A stretch of DNA of 64,000 nucleotides from Camelus dromedarius (Eukaryota), in NCBI RefSeq assembly GCF_036321535.1, contig NC_087437.1:76448001-76512000 (forward strand), in the 5' to 3' direction. Below, in pieces: positions 37,630 to 49,785 of the stretch (position 1 is the stretch's first letter; each line of letters opens with the position of its first letter). The position numbers and the translations under genes are program-made. The notes beneath the pieces were generated by a model. That model had not been told where the DNA came from. It saw only the letters and a program-made list of their open reading frames with translations, and made no database searches.

Positions 37630-37970
37630 GATGGTAAATGTTATTGAGGAAAATAAAGGAGAAGGGGGAGGGTAGGAAATGCTGGAGGGGAGGTATTTTC
37701 CATTTTAAGTAGGTGGTCAGGGAAGGTCTCACTGAGAAGGTGACTTTTGCACAAACTCTTGAAGTAGGTGAAGGTATGAGTTGTTTTGATAAGTGAGGTA
37801 AGACTTACCCTGACTGAGAGAACAGCTGGGCAAGGCCCGGAGGCACAAGATTTCTTGGTGTATTTTCAAAGGGCAGCGAAGAGGCTGATGTGACTAGAGT
37901 GGTGTGTGCAGGAGAATGTTAGGAGATAAGCCAGAGGGAATGAGGTCAAGAGATCAGTTAGGGCCGTCAG
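37630..37970 (-). mobile_element. LINE-2 fragment
   Basis: 'ggtggtcagggaaggtctcactgagaaggtgac'. Confidence 0.8.
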
Positions 37971-38998
37971 TCTCAGAGAGTGAACAATCCCTTGAAGAGG
38001 AATTTGGGTGCCACACGTTGAAATAAAATTACTTCTGCCATCCTACTGTCATAAATTAATAACTTTGTAGGAATACATTAATAAGTGGGAATTACAGCTT
38101 AGGTAGGAGAGGAAGTGAATCTTACGAGTTTTATATTTTGGGGTGCAACTCAAATTATGCATGAAATAGTTTAATCTTGCTGATTTTGAAGGTTGGGATG
38201 ATGAAACACCTTTCCAGTGCAGTGGAAATGATCCTTGTTATATTCAGATCTCTGGTGTTCCAGTTACCACTTTATATTTACCCCCAAACACAGTGTCAGA
38301 TATAGGTTCACAACTACAGCTTTTTGCTGTTGAGCTGAAGGTGTGAATTTACAGGGGAAGAACCTTATTGAAACATATCAATGAAATGTATCTTGACTAA
38401 TAAACGTTTAAAAAGCAGAGAAAAACATTACAATTCTGTACAGAGAAGCTTGACTAAAGGCCAGCACATGACATAGAAGTTTTTTGAATTCTTCTAAAAA
38501 GTCAAATATTTGGCTTAAAACAGTTTTTTTCTTTTTATAAAGAAATCTGTTGTTTTAACAGAAAACCGTATGGTAGAGAAGATAGAATGAAATCGGTGTG
38601 TCTACGGGGGGAAGGGATGGGGTGAATTAAGTCTGTAATCCAGAAAAACAATGTTCAAGCTTCAAATGGATGGGAACAGAGAAGGGACAAACTTTAGATA
38701 CAGGCAGGATTACTTCCTCCTTGTCTTTCTGTGTTTCATTTGGCAGCACTTTAATTTTCTTCCTCTTTCCTCTTTTTTTTTCCTCCACCTTTCTTTTTCT
38801 TAAGCTAAACTGTCACAGTGAAATGCTGTCTGAATAAGTCACAACTCATAGAAAACTGAACAGTGCATTGTAAAATAGGACACAAAACAAAAGACTTCAT
38901 CTGAGAGCTGAGATCATCGCGCTAGGGTACACAGACCCAGTGCAGCAATCCAACAGTTTCCTACAGGCTGAGACAGTTTCCACAATTCTTGGTATGCT

Positions 38999-39029
38999 AT
39001 TGCCCCCTGCTGTTCATGTGGTAGCACTG
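38999..39029 (-). promoter_or_regulatory. Candidate CTCF site
   Basis: Minus strand cagtgctaccacatgaaCAGCAGGGGGCAat; local CpG retention at 38915-39090. Confidence 0.6.
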
Positions 39030-41764
39030 ACGACGGCAATGGGTTTTCCTAACGTTCCACGTTTTAATGCTAGCATGCTATCAAAGACGAAGTAGTCCAA
39101 AGGTTTAAATCAGGATAATTTAAGGAATTGTTTTCTAAAAAGCTGAATATCAGAGAAATCACTAGACAGCTTTCCATACTCCCCAGTATGTCAAAAAAAA
39201 TTTATGATTCAGTTATTTGGCTAATGAATCCATTTCCTTTTTAAGTTTCTGAAGGGAGTAGAGCACAAAGCAGTTGAAGTAGCTCAGAGAAAAATTGGTG
39301 AAGTGAGAGCAGGGAATAGACAGAGAAAATGGAGAGCAAAATATGCAAAAGGAGAGGGGTAGTGAATAATTTATATACAAAGACGGTAAAGCAGTTTAAT
39401 CCCGAACAGATGGTTCACATTCCTCAGAGGGTGTCGGGTAGAAACTGTGTTGCCTCCACAGAAGAGCCTGGATGGGTCATTTGTGAGCCTTCAGGTCTTC
39501 TGCCTCTTGTTTGTGGGTTTGGTCATGGAAGCTTATCAGAGCCACTGGGATGTGGATTGGGGCCCCTGAGACAGAGCAGAAGCACATAATTCCCTGATTA
39601 TGAGCTGATTCCCTGGCTTACTCTTCAATTTCTAAAGAGGTCAGGACTATCTCCTGGATGGAAGTCAGCCCATGTGCAAATGGGTGTGTTTGAGCATGGA
39701 AGTTTCATGTTATTTGTTCCAGGTTTTCAAAACTCTGGCAACCATGGTCTGCTAGTTCCTGCACGCCAGCCCTATAGAGGGATTGAGTAATAAGGTGCCA
39801 GGATCCCCTCTTACTCAGTAAAGGTAATTTAAAAGCTAGAGGCCTTGTCATTTGGTTTTTGGTCAGACTCTTTCTCCATGAGGAACACAACTAGAAAGGA
39901 ATCTTTTAATCTTTAGAAAATCATATGCATGTTTATATGCAAAATTACATCCTGTTATGATAAACCTAGAAATCCAGCCTGAACTACTCTTAAAAGATTT
40001 ACTCTTGACTGTAAATACCACTAGGAATGTCACTTCTAACTTCTGAAGTCCCCACTTCAAAGGCACAAATGGAGTTTAAGAAATAAAAATTTGAGAAAAC
40101 ATTTAGATGATTTATTTCAGGTAACAGTTAATAAGCTGATGCCTTAATGCTTGAGGTAGTTATTTTCACAGTGTTGGTTTTGGTCTGTATAGAATTTTCT
40201 CTTGTGTGATGTCTTCCTGTTTATTTACTCCATTAAATTTATATTCTCCATTAGGGCAGGTGTTAAAGACATGGTGGAAAAATATAATAGACTATGTCTT
40301 TAGGTTGATACAGTAATTTAGAAAAATGTAGAACAACAGTATGATAATCATGTAAGAATGAGCCAAGAGTAGAAAAACAATTTGTCCATTCCTTTTTACT
40401 TTATCATGTTATTTCCTTTCATTTCATTTCTTCTCTTCCCTGTTTTATTTTATTTGTATTTTTATTCATTCTATTTGTTTAAATTACAAATCAGGCTATC
40501 CTTTTTATGTATCTTTGCATAATCCCTCATATTCCAGCACTTTGTACAAAGTTTGCATACATTTGTAATAAATATCTGTTTAGCAAAATATGAGCACTTA
40601 CTTACTAGTTGCCTGGTACTGGCTGTACCTTGTGTAAACCAGATGCACATTTGATTTCAGTAGAGAAGAGTGAAATTAGGTGGAACTGGACCTGGAAGTA
40701 GTAGAAATATTTATTTGTGTTTGAACTCTTAGGAGTAATGAGAAACTTTGTTAATGAGAACTGGGAGAGCACAAAAATTCCACCATGTAAGTACTTGAGT
40801 CTCTTTTTAATGATTTTCTTAAGTTTCTAATACATAGAGCTTTTTAACATTTCTGTCTGTGCTGTTCCTTATCAGACCGGCATACATGCACCTATGAAAG
40901 ATGAAGGAACCTGAAGATTGGTAGACAGCAGGCAACGATGATGCCTATTTCTCAAAAGGAAGATGAAACTTACTTTCTTTTTGAATCAAGAACTAACCTC
41001 TCAGTGTTTCACTGTACAGAATTCATAGTATATTGGAAGATGCTTTTTGGTGCCACCTTAATTGTGTAACCCAAATTGTCTGTTCCTATTTAATTGTTCT
41101 CCTTAAACTGTATTGAATATCAATATCTAAGAAAACTGTAGGCATTATGGTTTCAGAATTTCACTGAGTTACAGAGAAGTGGCTCTTCTCTGCAAGTATG
41201 CTATGTTATACTGTAGAGCATACTATATATATATACACATATAGAGTATACTTATGTAGTTATACTATAGAGTTATCTATATCCATATAGTAATGCAGAA
41301 TTTTATTTTTTCTATCACTTAATGTGTAATATTTGAGAACATTTACAATATTAAGGGAATTTAGATAATTTCAACTTACTTTTTTAATATTTCAATACTA
41401 AGTGTTAATAAGAGATAGTGAAAATAATTATGATCAACATTATTATATCAGATACATAATAGGTGTTTGGTGTCAGCCTATATACAATTTAGTTTTTGGT
41501 GTAAAGTTCTTTGGCTGTAAGGAAGAATGTTTAGTTTACTTTAAAGTAGTTAACTTACTTTAGTTACTTCATAAATAGGAATATCATTTAGTGCTGGATG
41601 TCCTCAATGTTTCTTCTGCTGTTGGTTTTTAGCATAGTTATCTGTGATTACGTGAATGGAGTTGGGTGGGAAGGTACTTATCATGTTTATTCCAAATAAG
41701 TCAATGTAACGGGTTTCTATAGTAAAAATGAGGTAGACAGGCATTGCAACTGCCTAATATTTTT

Positions 41765-42220
41765 GAGCCCAATAGGTTAAGCCTAAGAAGTTTAGCCAAG
41801 ATTCAGGTATAAAAGCTCGCACGAGATATAGTGTGCACCAATACTGGGAGCTTAACAAACGAACAAAGCCATACGTCGCTCTTCCCGGAAATGGCAATGG
41901 TGAATTTTCCACCATTTCCCCTGTGGCTTTAGACAGTCTTGGGTCCTCGAAGCGCCCACAGGGATCCTTCTTGGTAGCTTGACCACCTGAGTGCCGAGTC
42001 CCCTGCGCAAGCGCCTACCCGGGAGCCGCTGGGGCTGGAAGAGGAGAAACTGAGGAGGGAAAGGTCAAGTCGCCGGGATGCCATCCCCCGGGCGCAGGCG
42101 CACCGCCACCGTCGCCGGTCGGAGCGCGCGAGCTGTAGAGTGGATTTACATTCTTCTTTCTTTCCTTCTGGAGCCCCATGGACTCCACATAGAAATTTTG
42201 GAACTATTTTCTGGTAAGTG
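41765..42220 (+). promoter_or_regulatory. CpG-island promoter candidate 2 and first exon ending at 42213
   Basis: CCAAT at 41769, TATAAAAG at 41808, GAS palindrome TTCCCGGAA at 41882-41890, NRF1-like motifs at 42004-42014 and 42092-42102, consensus donor CTG|GTAAGT at 42213/42214. Confidence 0.8.
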
Positions 42221-44889
42221 GTGGTGGTGGGAATTAGTATGGGAGATGCTAACAGAGTTCAACGAAGTGTTTACAAGAGCTGTATTTTAAATAGGGTGAA
42301 GACCTTTTTTAATTGTAGTATTTTGTGATTCTCCTTCATATCAGTCATTGCCTCAGAGCATGTTTTTTTAAGAAGTGCCAGCTTCTGAGTTTCGTTTGTG
42401 CGGTGGCTTTCTGTGTAGAACAGTCATCAGAGGCATTTTGTAAGTACTTCATTACGTACGGTGCTGGGCTAGGTCCTAGGCTTTGTCCTCATCCTCAAGT
42501 TACTTATAATAGAATGTGAGATGAGTGAAAAGAAGTCCAAAAACAGGATTAGAAGAAAAAGTGAGTCAGTTATGTAGTGTTTTGCTTCTGTTTTCAGTGA
42601 AATGTCTTTGAGGAGGCTTGATTAGTATGGGATGGAGTTGTTAAGATTGTTAAGGGTACAAACCTTCTCAAATTACCCACCTGAAAAGTTGGAATTCATG
42701 GGTATAGAGATCCCCTCTATACAGCAAGGAAAAATCTGTCTCTCTGTCTCTCTCTCAATCTCTTTTTTGTATTTAAACCCAGATCTTATTTGTCAGGATG
42801 GTAGAAAATAATGGAAATTTTTAGAGGTCTTAGTAATTGATCACTCTTGTCAAAGCCTGATTGATACATATGGTTGGAATTTAGGGAAAAACAATAATCC
42901 ACATGACTTTGAAAATAAAAATAAATGTGCTGCCGAGATGCTGAAAATACATCATTAAATAGCTTAACAGACATAGGAGATAGTTTATGTATGTTTTAAG
43001 CTGGTTCAGAATAAGGTTTGTGTTTAAATGGTTTCTTTTCTCCACTCAAATTGTTTTAGGCTTCTGGCTATTTAAAAATATTTTGCATTCATGAACACTT
43101 CTTTTATAATTGATGGGGATGTTTGCTTGTGGCCCAACTCTCATTTGTAAGCTGGAAAGTTCATTTTTTTATTCATTCCACATCTATTATGTATTTACTG
43201 TGTGCCAGATACGATGATAGTGATTGGTTTTTAAGTTAATTTTAAAGCATGCTTAAAATTTTGTGAACTCTATTTACCTAAATTCCAAGAAATTATGTAT
43301 GGAGAATAGATAAAGGCAGGAGTGAGTGGGCCTATGACATTTTTTCTAGATTTCTATTGCAACAATGATCATACTTTCCTTTTTTACATTAATTTTGCCT
43401 GCTGGAATGAGAGTAGATTATGGTCTGGATCTGATCATCACTGTGTTCTCAGCATCTAACACAAAACTTGCAACATAGTAGAGACACAATAAGGGTGGTT
43501 TGGATGAATAAAGCACCACATAAACGTACTTGCTCTTTCTAAAGACATTTTTATTTTCACTGAGTGTTAAGGCCATTTCACACTCTGGGATATCTTCCTC
43601 TAGGGAAAGGCAAAATGTTTTCATAAAAAACCGTGTTACCTAAGTACTTTTCTTCCACAATTTGACTGAATATTGGCCTGAAGCACTTCGACTTGACTTC
43701 GAATTTTATCTGAAGCACTAAGATCCCATCTTAGTGGAATCTGCTTAAAATCATTTTTTTGTAGTAATTAAGTCCTTTGTGTTCCAACTGAGTATTTGCT
43801 TGATGTGAGAAAAACGATTTTATATTAATGTTAAGAATATTTTTCATTTTGCCTGGTAGGTAAAATCAGGCTTTTGAGAAGCGTTCTTGTTTGGGAGGTA
43901 CTGATGATGGGCTTTCTGAGAAACCCTTCTCTTTCATCCAGCATTAGTTGCTTTCTATGTATTCAGCAGCTTTATGTCTACATAAATACATTTTATGAGT
44001 GCTTTGAGTGTGAAACAGTACTGAAAGGAGACAGTAGTCATATGCAGCCAGAGGGTTATGTAATTCATATGAAATTCTTGATGATCCTCATTTAGGGTGG
44101 GAGTCAATGGTAGTACTTTGGAGTAAAATGCCTGGTGCTGCATTTATTAAATCTCATATGAGATTCATGGGATTGTCATTTACTGTTGAGTAAATTGTGC
44201 ACTGTACAAAGAAACCCATCTAAGGTGCACGCTTTATATCGCAGTTATCAATTTGAATATATATTGAGACAATTTTATGGTAGAGGGCAGTAAGATTTTT
44301 CTTCTAATAAAATTAGTATATTATGATACATTTTTCTGACAAATGACAGTGAAATGTCTTGAGGAAGAGTTTTTTTGGGTTTTTTTGTTTGTTTGATTTT
44401 AATTTGCAGAGATGATCTGTATGGGCTAGCAGAGGCCTGAACTTGGACAAGCTGCATAACTCCTTTGGCCTTTAAGGGAAGGTATTAGTACCTACCTCGC
44501 TAAATTGGTTGACAGTACGAGACATGTCTGCCACATAACCAGCCTTCAGTAAATGCTTTCAAATGAATATGAAACCACTGAGGTTAATGTATGTGGTAAA
44601 GGTTTGATAAATTGTGACTCACTTTTGCCTTAAATAAGGGGAATTTTAGGGGGATTAAGTATATGTGTAAATAAGTGTATTTGAATCTTTGAACTTGTTA
44701 AGTAATTCACATTTTATACTTACAACTGTGTTGTATTACCTAAAATGTTCCTACTGAGATGTTTGGGGTCCTTCTTTGTTTTCCTGAGGGAATACCCATC
44801 CCTATCCAGCATAAAGAAAATTATGACTGTGTGATCCATTGAAAGGAAAATAATGACTCATGGTTGCGTTTCTTTTGGAATCCTAAAAT

Positions 44890-45420
44890 ACTGGAATCCT
44901 AAGTTTAGGAGGGACCGTTTGAGTTTCCCTTTATATATCAAATACATGTTAATCAGTTATTACATGGGAATGTCTGTGCTAGGGCAGTAAAGATAAATAA
45001 GGTACTATTGTCAAGTAGTTACAAATCTTTGCATGAACATTTCTAGGGGTAGTTCACAATTGGTAACTTGATTTTTGGGAATCTGTCTTATGACAAGTCA
45101 AAATTTGTCTTCCTATAAGTTTCGTTTATTAGTGTTAGCTTTACTCTTTGGGGGCACAAAAGATAAGTCTGATTCTGTTCTAGGAGAGTCTTTCTTACTT
45201 GTTAAGGTAATTGATTTTTTTTGAAACATTTATTCTTCATGTTAAACATCATTGTATTCTTCTGCTGTTTCTTAAGCCTCTTCTTCATCTTGTTCACTTC
45301 CATGAATGCCTTCCATGTCATCTGCTTACCTCTAAAGGTGTAGCACCAGGTATTCAGGGGTTGGTGTAGACTGACCATCACAGGATGCAGCAGGATGGTC
45401 ACTTCCTGAATTTCAGATTC
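44890..45420 (-). mobile_element. L3/CR1 LINE fragment
   Basis: 'ctctaaaggtgtagcaccaggtattcaggggttggtgtagactgacca...ggatggtcacttcct' resembles the antisense CR1 RT 3' region. Confidence 0.6.
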
Positions 45421-46115
45421 TGTCCCTCACATCTCTCTGAGTGATCAATGTGTACTGTATTGAAAAGTATTGCATTTATTTTGTACGAGTTGTCATATAA
45501 GGTATTTTTGGGAAAAGGATAAATGACCTCCTTAATTTCTTGAGCTTTTCATATACTACATCCAACATTCCAAATGGGAACTATAATTAGGAAGCCTTGC
45601 TAGGATTCTGGGTTATTGAATTACAATTTAGAGGTCATTTTGGGTCCAGTTGGTTAAAGCCACTGACAGCTAAGAGTTTACCGACTAGCCAAGAAAGGAC
45701 TTTTATAGTTTTGTACTGTTGCTATAAGTTAATATCTCACTTAAATATTTTTCTCTTTTTGATGAGCAAAGAACATGACAGGGAAATAATTGTTCTATTT
45801 ATAATTCTAAGCACTTACTAAAAAAAACTTAATATCTTCTCAACATTTTTATTTAAGTTAACAGATGTGTGAAATTCTCTTTATGCCAGGTATACTCTCA
45901 GCATCTGGGAGAAGTAGCCCTGCCTAGCAGAATGCTAGAAGATGCCAGTTATACCTCAGCTGCAATTTATAGGTGTATACACTGCTTTGCTTTGTTCCTT
46001 TTAGTGGAAGGAGAGGACAAAGAGAGAAGCAGTGATTTCTTGGGATATAAGGATGGGGAAGAGACCTCTTCCTAAATAAAGGAGGAGTTTTGGAAGCAGA
46101 GTTGGATGGGTGGTG

Positions 46116-46558
46116 TGTTACTTTCCTAGGGCTGTCATAACAAATTACTGCAAACTTTGTGGCCTAAAACAACAGAAGTTTCTCTCATAGTCAGGAGGCT
46201 AGAAGTCAGGGTGTTGGCCAGGCCATGCTTCCTCTGAAGGCTCCACAGAAGTATCCTTCCTTGCTTCCTCCTAGCTTTGGTGGCTGCTGGCAATCCTTGG
46301 CATTCCGTGGTGTGTAGATGCATTACTGCAGTCAGTCTGTGTTTTCACATAGCTTTATTTCCTGCATCTCTTTGTCCAGATCTCTCTCCTTTTCTTTTAA
46401 AGGCACCAGCTGTTCGATTAGGACCCAACTTAATCCAGCACAACCTCATCTTAAATTGATTACATCTGTAAAGACCTTATCTCTAAATAAGGTCATATTT
46501 ACAGATATTGAGAGTTAGGATTTGAATATCTTCTGGGGGAATACAATTTAACCAACAA
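46116..46558 (-). mobile_element. MaLR LTR (MLT1C-like)
   Basis: 'ttcctagggctgtcataacaaattac...ggccatgcttcctctgaaggctc...ttacatctgtaaagaccttat'. Confidence 0.9.
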
Positions 46559-47132
46559 AAAGTGAGATGGCACTAAATCATGAACACTTTAAATGACAGG
46601 TAGAAGAGTGTGGGTTTTATTTATAAGCCAGGGGAATCTTTGGAAAGTTTAAGCAAGGGTACTGATAAGATAGTTATTACACGAAGGCCTGGTAGCAAGC
46701 AGTATGCTTTAGTATACTGGACTGAAGATGAAGTTTAGAGGCTAGGATATTAATTAGGAGTATGTTATAATATTCCAGGAGTAACTTAAAGGAAAGTTTA
46801 TAAAGGAAGATGGGGAAGACTATATTTTCCAAAGATGGCTCCAACAGTGTCTCTCATACCCTTGCTCTTCTGCAATGAGAACTTTCTGTATCTTCATCAA
46901 TTGTTGGCAGAGCCCATGAATTTGGGCTGAACCAGCAGCTGCTTTGACCAGTAGAGTAGAATGAATGTGCCACTATACCAGTTATATGCATAGACTTCTC
47001 TTGTCCCAGCAGCATTGGCTCCCTTACCTCTTGGAAGATAGCCACGATGTAGGAGGTGTGCCTCCCCTGAGACCACTACGCTGTGGTGTGTCTCAGTTTG
47101 GTGTTTCCAAGCCACATGAAGAGGCCCTAGAG

Positions 47133-47295
47133 GCAGGACCAGGGCTGGGGTGAGGCAAGTGGGTTTCCCAGGGTGCAAAATTTAAGGAGGCATTTACTCT
47201 CGGGTGTACTTGCATGATACTGAAAGTGAGCACCTCCTTACATTCTGCACTCTGGGAGATTCACTCTTAAGAAGGCACTCACTCTCGGGGGTCAG
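47133..47295. mobile_element. hAT MITE (MER96-like), palindromic
   Basis: 'cccagggtgcaaaatttaaggaggc' pairs imperfectly with 'cacctccttacattctgcactctggg'. Confidence 0.6.
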
Positions 47296-47412
47296 TAGGT
47301 ATAGAGGCAGCACTTGGGAATGAATGCCTTATTAAAATCTGTGTCCAAGGCCCTTCTCTTGCCGTACGCTAGTTCTCACCCTTCCATGGTATATAGGATG
47401 AAATACCTAGTG

Positions 47413-47497
47413 GAGAGAAAGAGAGATAGAGAGAAGAAGAAGAAAATGAAGAAGGAGGAGGAGGGGGAGAGGGAGAAGAAGAAGAAGGGAGGGAGGC

Positions 47498-47564
<67 letters not shown>
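47413..47564. repeat. Purine-rich (GAA/GGA/GA)n tract
   Basis: Directly visible; explains the ERERER and LSLSLS ORFs. Confidence 0.97.
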
Positions 47565-47569
<5 letters not shown>

Positions 47570-49282
47570 GTACCAGAGAGGTGCAAGATATTTAGTTGAG
47601 GAAACCATCTTGACTGCTGATCCTCTGGCCTCAGCTACCAGCTACCAGCTGGCACCAGGTAGGCGAGACAAACCACCCAGCTGAGCCCTCCTTATTCCTG
47701 ATCCACAAAATCATGAATGAAACAGAATGGTTGTTTTGAGCCACAGATACTGATGTGGTTTGTTATGCAGCAATATGTTACCCAAAGCACACCTAAGTCT
47801 TGCCAGTGTTATGTGGGGCTGGTAATTGAATGAGAAATACCAGGTGGCTGTATATTTATTCTGTTCTAATGGAGCAGAATATATTTGATTGCTACTTAGG
47901 GAGAAGAGATGAAGAAAGTGATGGAGAGAGATTACAGGTACTGGGAGCCCAGGAAATAGAATTTAAAGTCTTGCATCTTCAGTTCTCTGCTTGAGCTATG
48001 TAGCCATACAGCTTTCAATGTTTGAAGTCGGCCAGAACAAAAAAATATACACATTCACAGTTTGAGTCTTTACAGAAACAAAATCCCTGTCTCTTTTGAT
48101 CTATGACATGCAGAAGGATGTAAAATTCTCATTTTTAAAGCAGATGGTCTGAATTAGAAGCTAAATGAATAAAATTGTCCTTAGTTCTCATTAGCCCTCC
48201 TCTGGGATGGAGGACAGTCTGTATAGCTATTTTTTGGCTTTGTACAAACAAATCAAACTTTGAATGAAACGTTTATTTTTTTTTTAAAGGCTGTATTTAC
48301 TAATTTTTTACTGAGTACCTCTGTTTCGTGGTAATTTATACATTCTTTCAAATGGTTGTTGGCACACTTAATTTTCCTTTGAGACATTTTCTAATTACTT
48401 GTAAACAAGGCTGAGAAAAAAAGCAAATTTGGGAAAAAAAGCTAAGAAAGGGATTGTTTGGTAGAGAAGGTGTGTTACACATAAAAATAAATATGATGGA
48501 TACTTTTAAAAAGCTTTTGTTTCATTTTTTATGTTTCTCTGCTTGCTCCTGCAAGTGGGCAGTGAGTAAAGATTTCCTGACCCATTATTCATTTCAACAA
48601 GGTGTTAGACATTTTTATGACCTCCTAGAGTACTTATAATCTGTACTACACAATTTAGCACCTAATTATATTCTGTCTTGTATTGTTCATTATTATGTCA
48701 TTGTATGATTCTTGTCCCCTCAAGTAGATTATATGGTCTTTAAAGGCAGGGGCCGTATCGTATACTTCTGTATTTGCATCCCGTCTGGTATAGTGCTGAA
48801 CATAGTATCCATTTGGGAAAATTGTAATTGATAGATGTATATTAAATAATTGCAGTCCCTCAAATCTCAGTGAATGTGTCTCTGGAGCATTTGTTATGGC
48901 TCTGGACTTCAGGGCACAGAGATAGGCAAGTTACTTTTCCTTTCCCCAGGAAGTTTGTCATCAAGTGGAAGTACCGAGGTGAAGGATTGCTTTGACTGGT
49001 GAAGTGACTTCTCCTTTTTGCCTTTTGTATCAGACTGGGGCAGTTGGAAAGCAGGGAGGCATGCACCACTGTGCTACCATTATCATTTTGATGTAGATGA
49101 TGGTTGACGTTTTTTCCTCTTCATTTCTCCAGTTGGACAAGCCAACTAATGGTGTGTGACCTGGGGAGGCAGGGATGTCTCTTTTGGCTGAGCAGCTAGG
49201 CTAAGTGGGTTGGCAAGCTTTACCTTTCTCTTGTTTTGAGTGAGCATGCTGTTTCTCAGGGGATTAGATCTACATTATTACT

Positions 49283-49785
49283 ATTTTTTTAAAATTGTGG
49301 TAAAACGTAGATAACACAAAATTTACCATCTCAACCATTCTTAAGTATACAGTTAAATGGCATTAAGTATATTCACATTGTTGTGCAACCATCACTGATG
49401 TCTATCTCTGGAACTTTTTCATCATCTCAAATTGAAAGTCTGTACCCATTAAACAATAACTCCCCAATCTCCTTTCCCCAAGTCCCTGGCAACTGCCATT
49501 CTACTTTCTGTCTCTGTGAATTTGAGAACTCTAGGTACCTCATATAAGTGGAATCGTAGTATTATTGTCTTTTTGTGTTCAGCTTGTTTCACTTAACATA
49601 ATGTCTTTAAGGTTCATCTGTATTGTAGCAGAAATCAGAATTCCATTCCTTTTTAGGGTTGAATAGTATTCCATTGTATGTATATATCACATTTGTTTAT
49701 CTATTCACCCATTGGTGGACATTTGGGTTGCTTCCACCTTTTGGCTAATGCGAATAATGCTGCTGTGAACATGGGGGTACAAATG
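49283..49785 (-). mobile_element. L1MB-like 3' UTR fragment
   Basis: 'aaatttaccatctcaaccattcttaagtatacagtt...gaataatgctgctgtgaacatgggggtacaaat'. Confidence 0.9.

Larger units (their letters stand above)
46810..47790 (+). mobile_element. MaLR LTR (MLT1G/H-like) with a nested MITE and GA microsatellite
   Basis: Start 'tattttccaaagatggctccaac'; end 'gtggtttgttatgcagcaata'. Confidence 0.75.

Noticed and set aside
49111..49230. Strong acceptor at 49132 as exon 2
   Set aside because: No convincing matching donor nearby; insufficient support.
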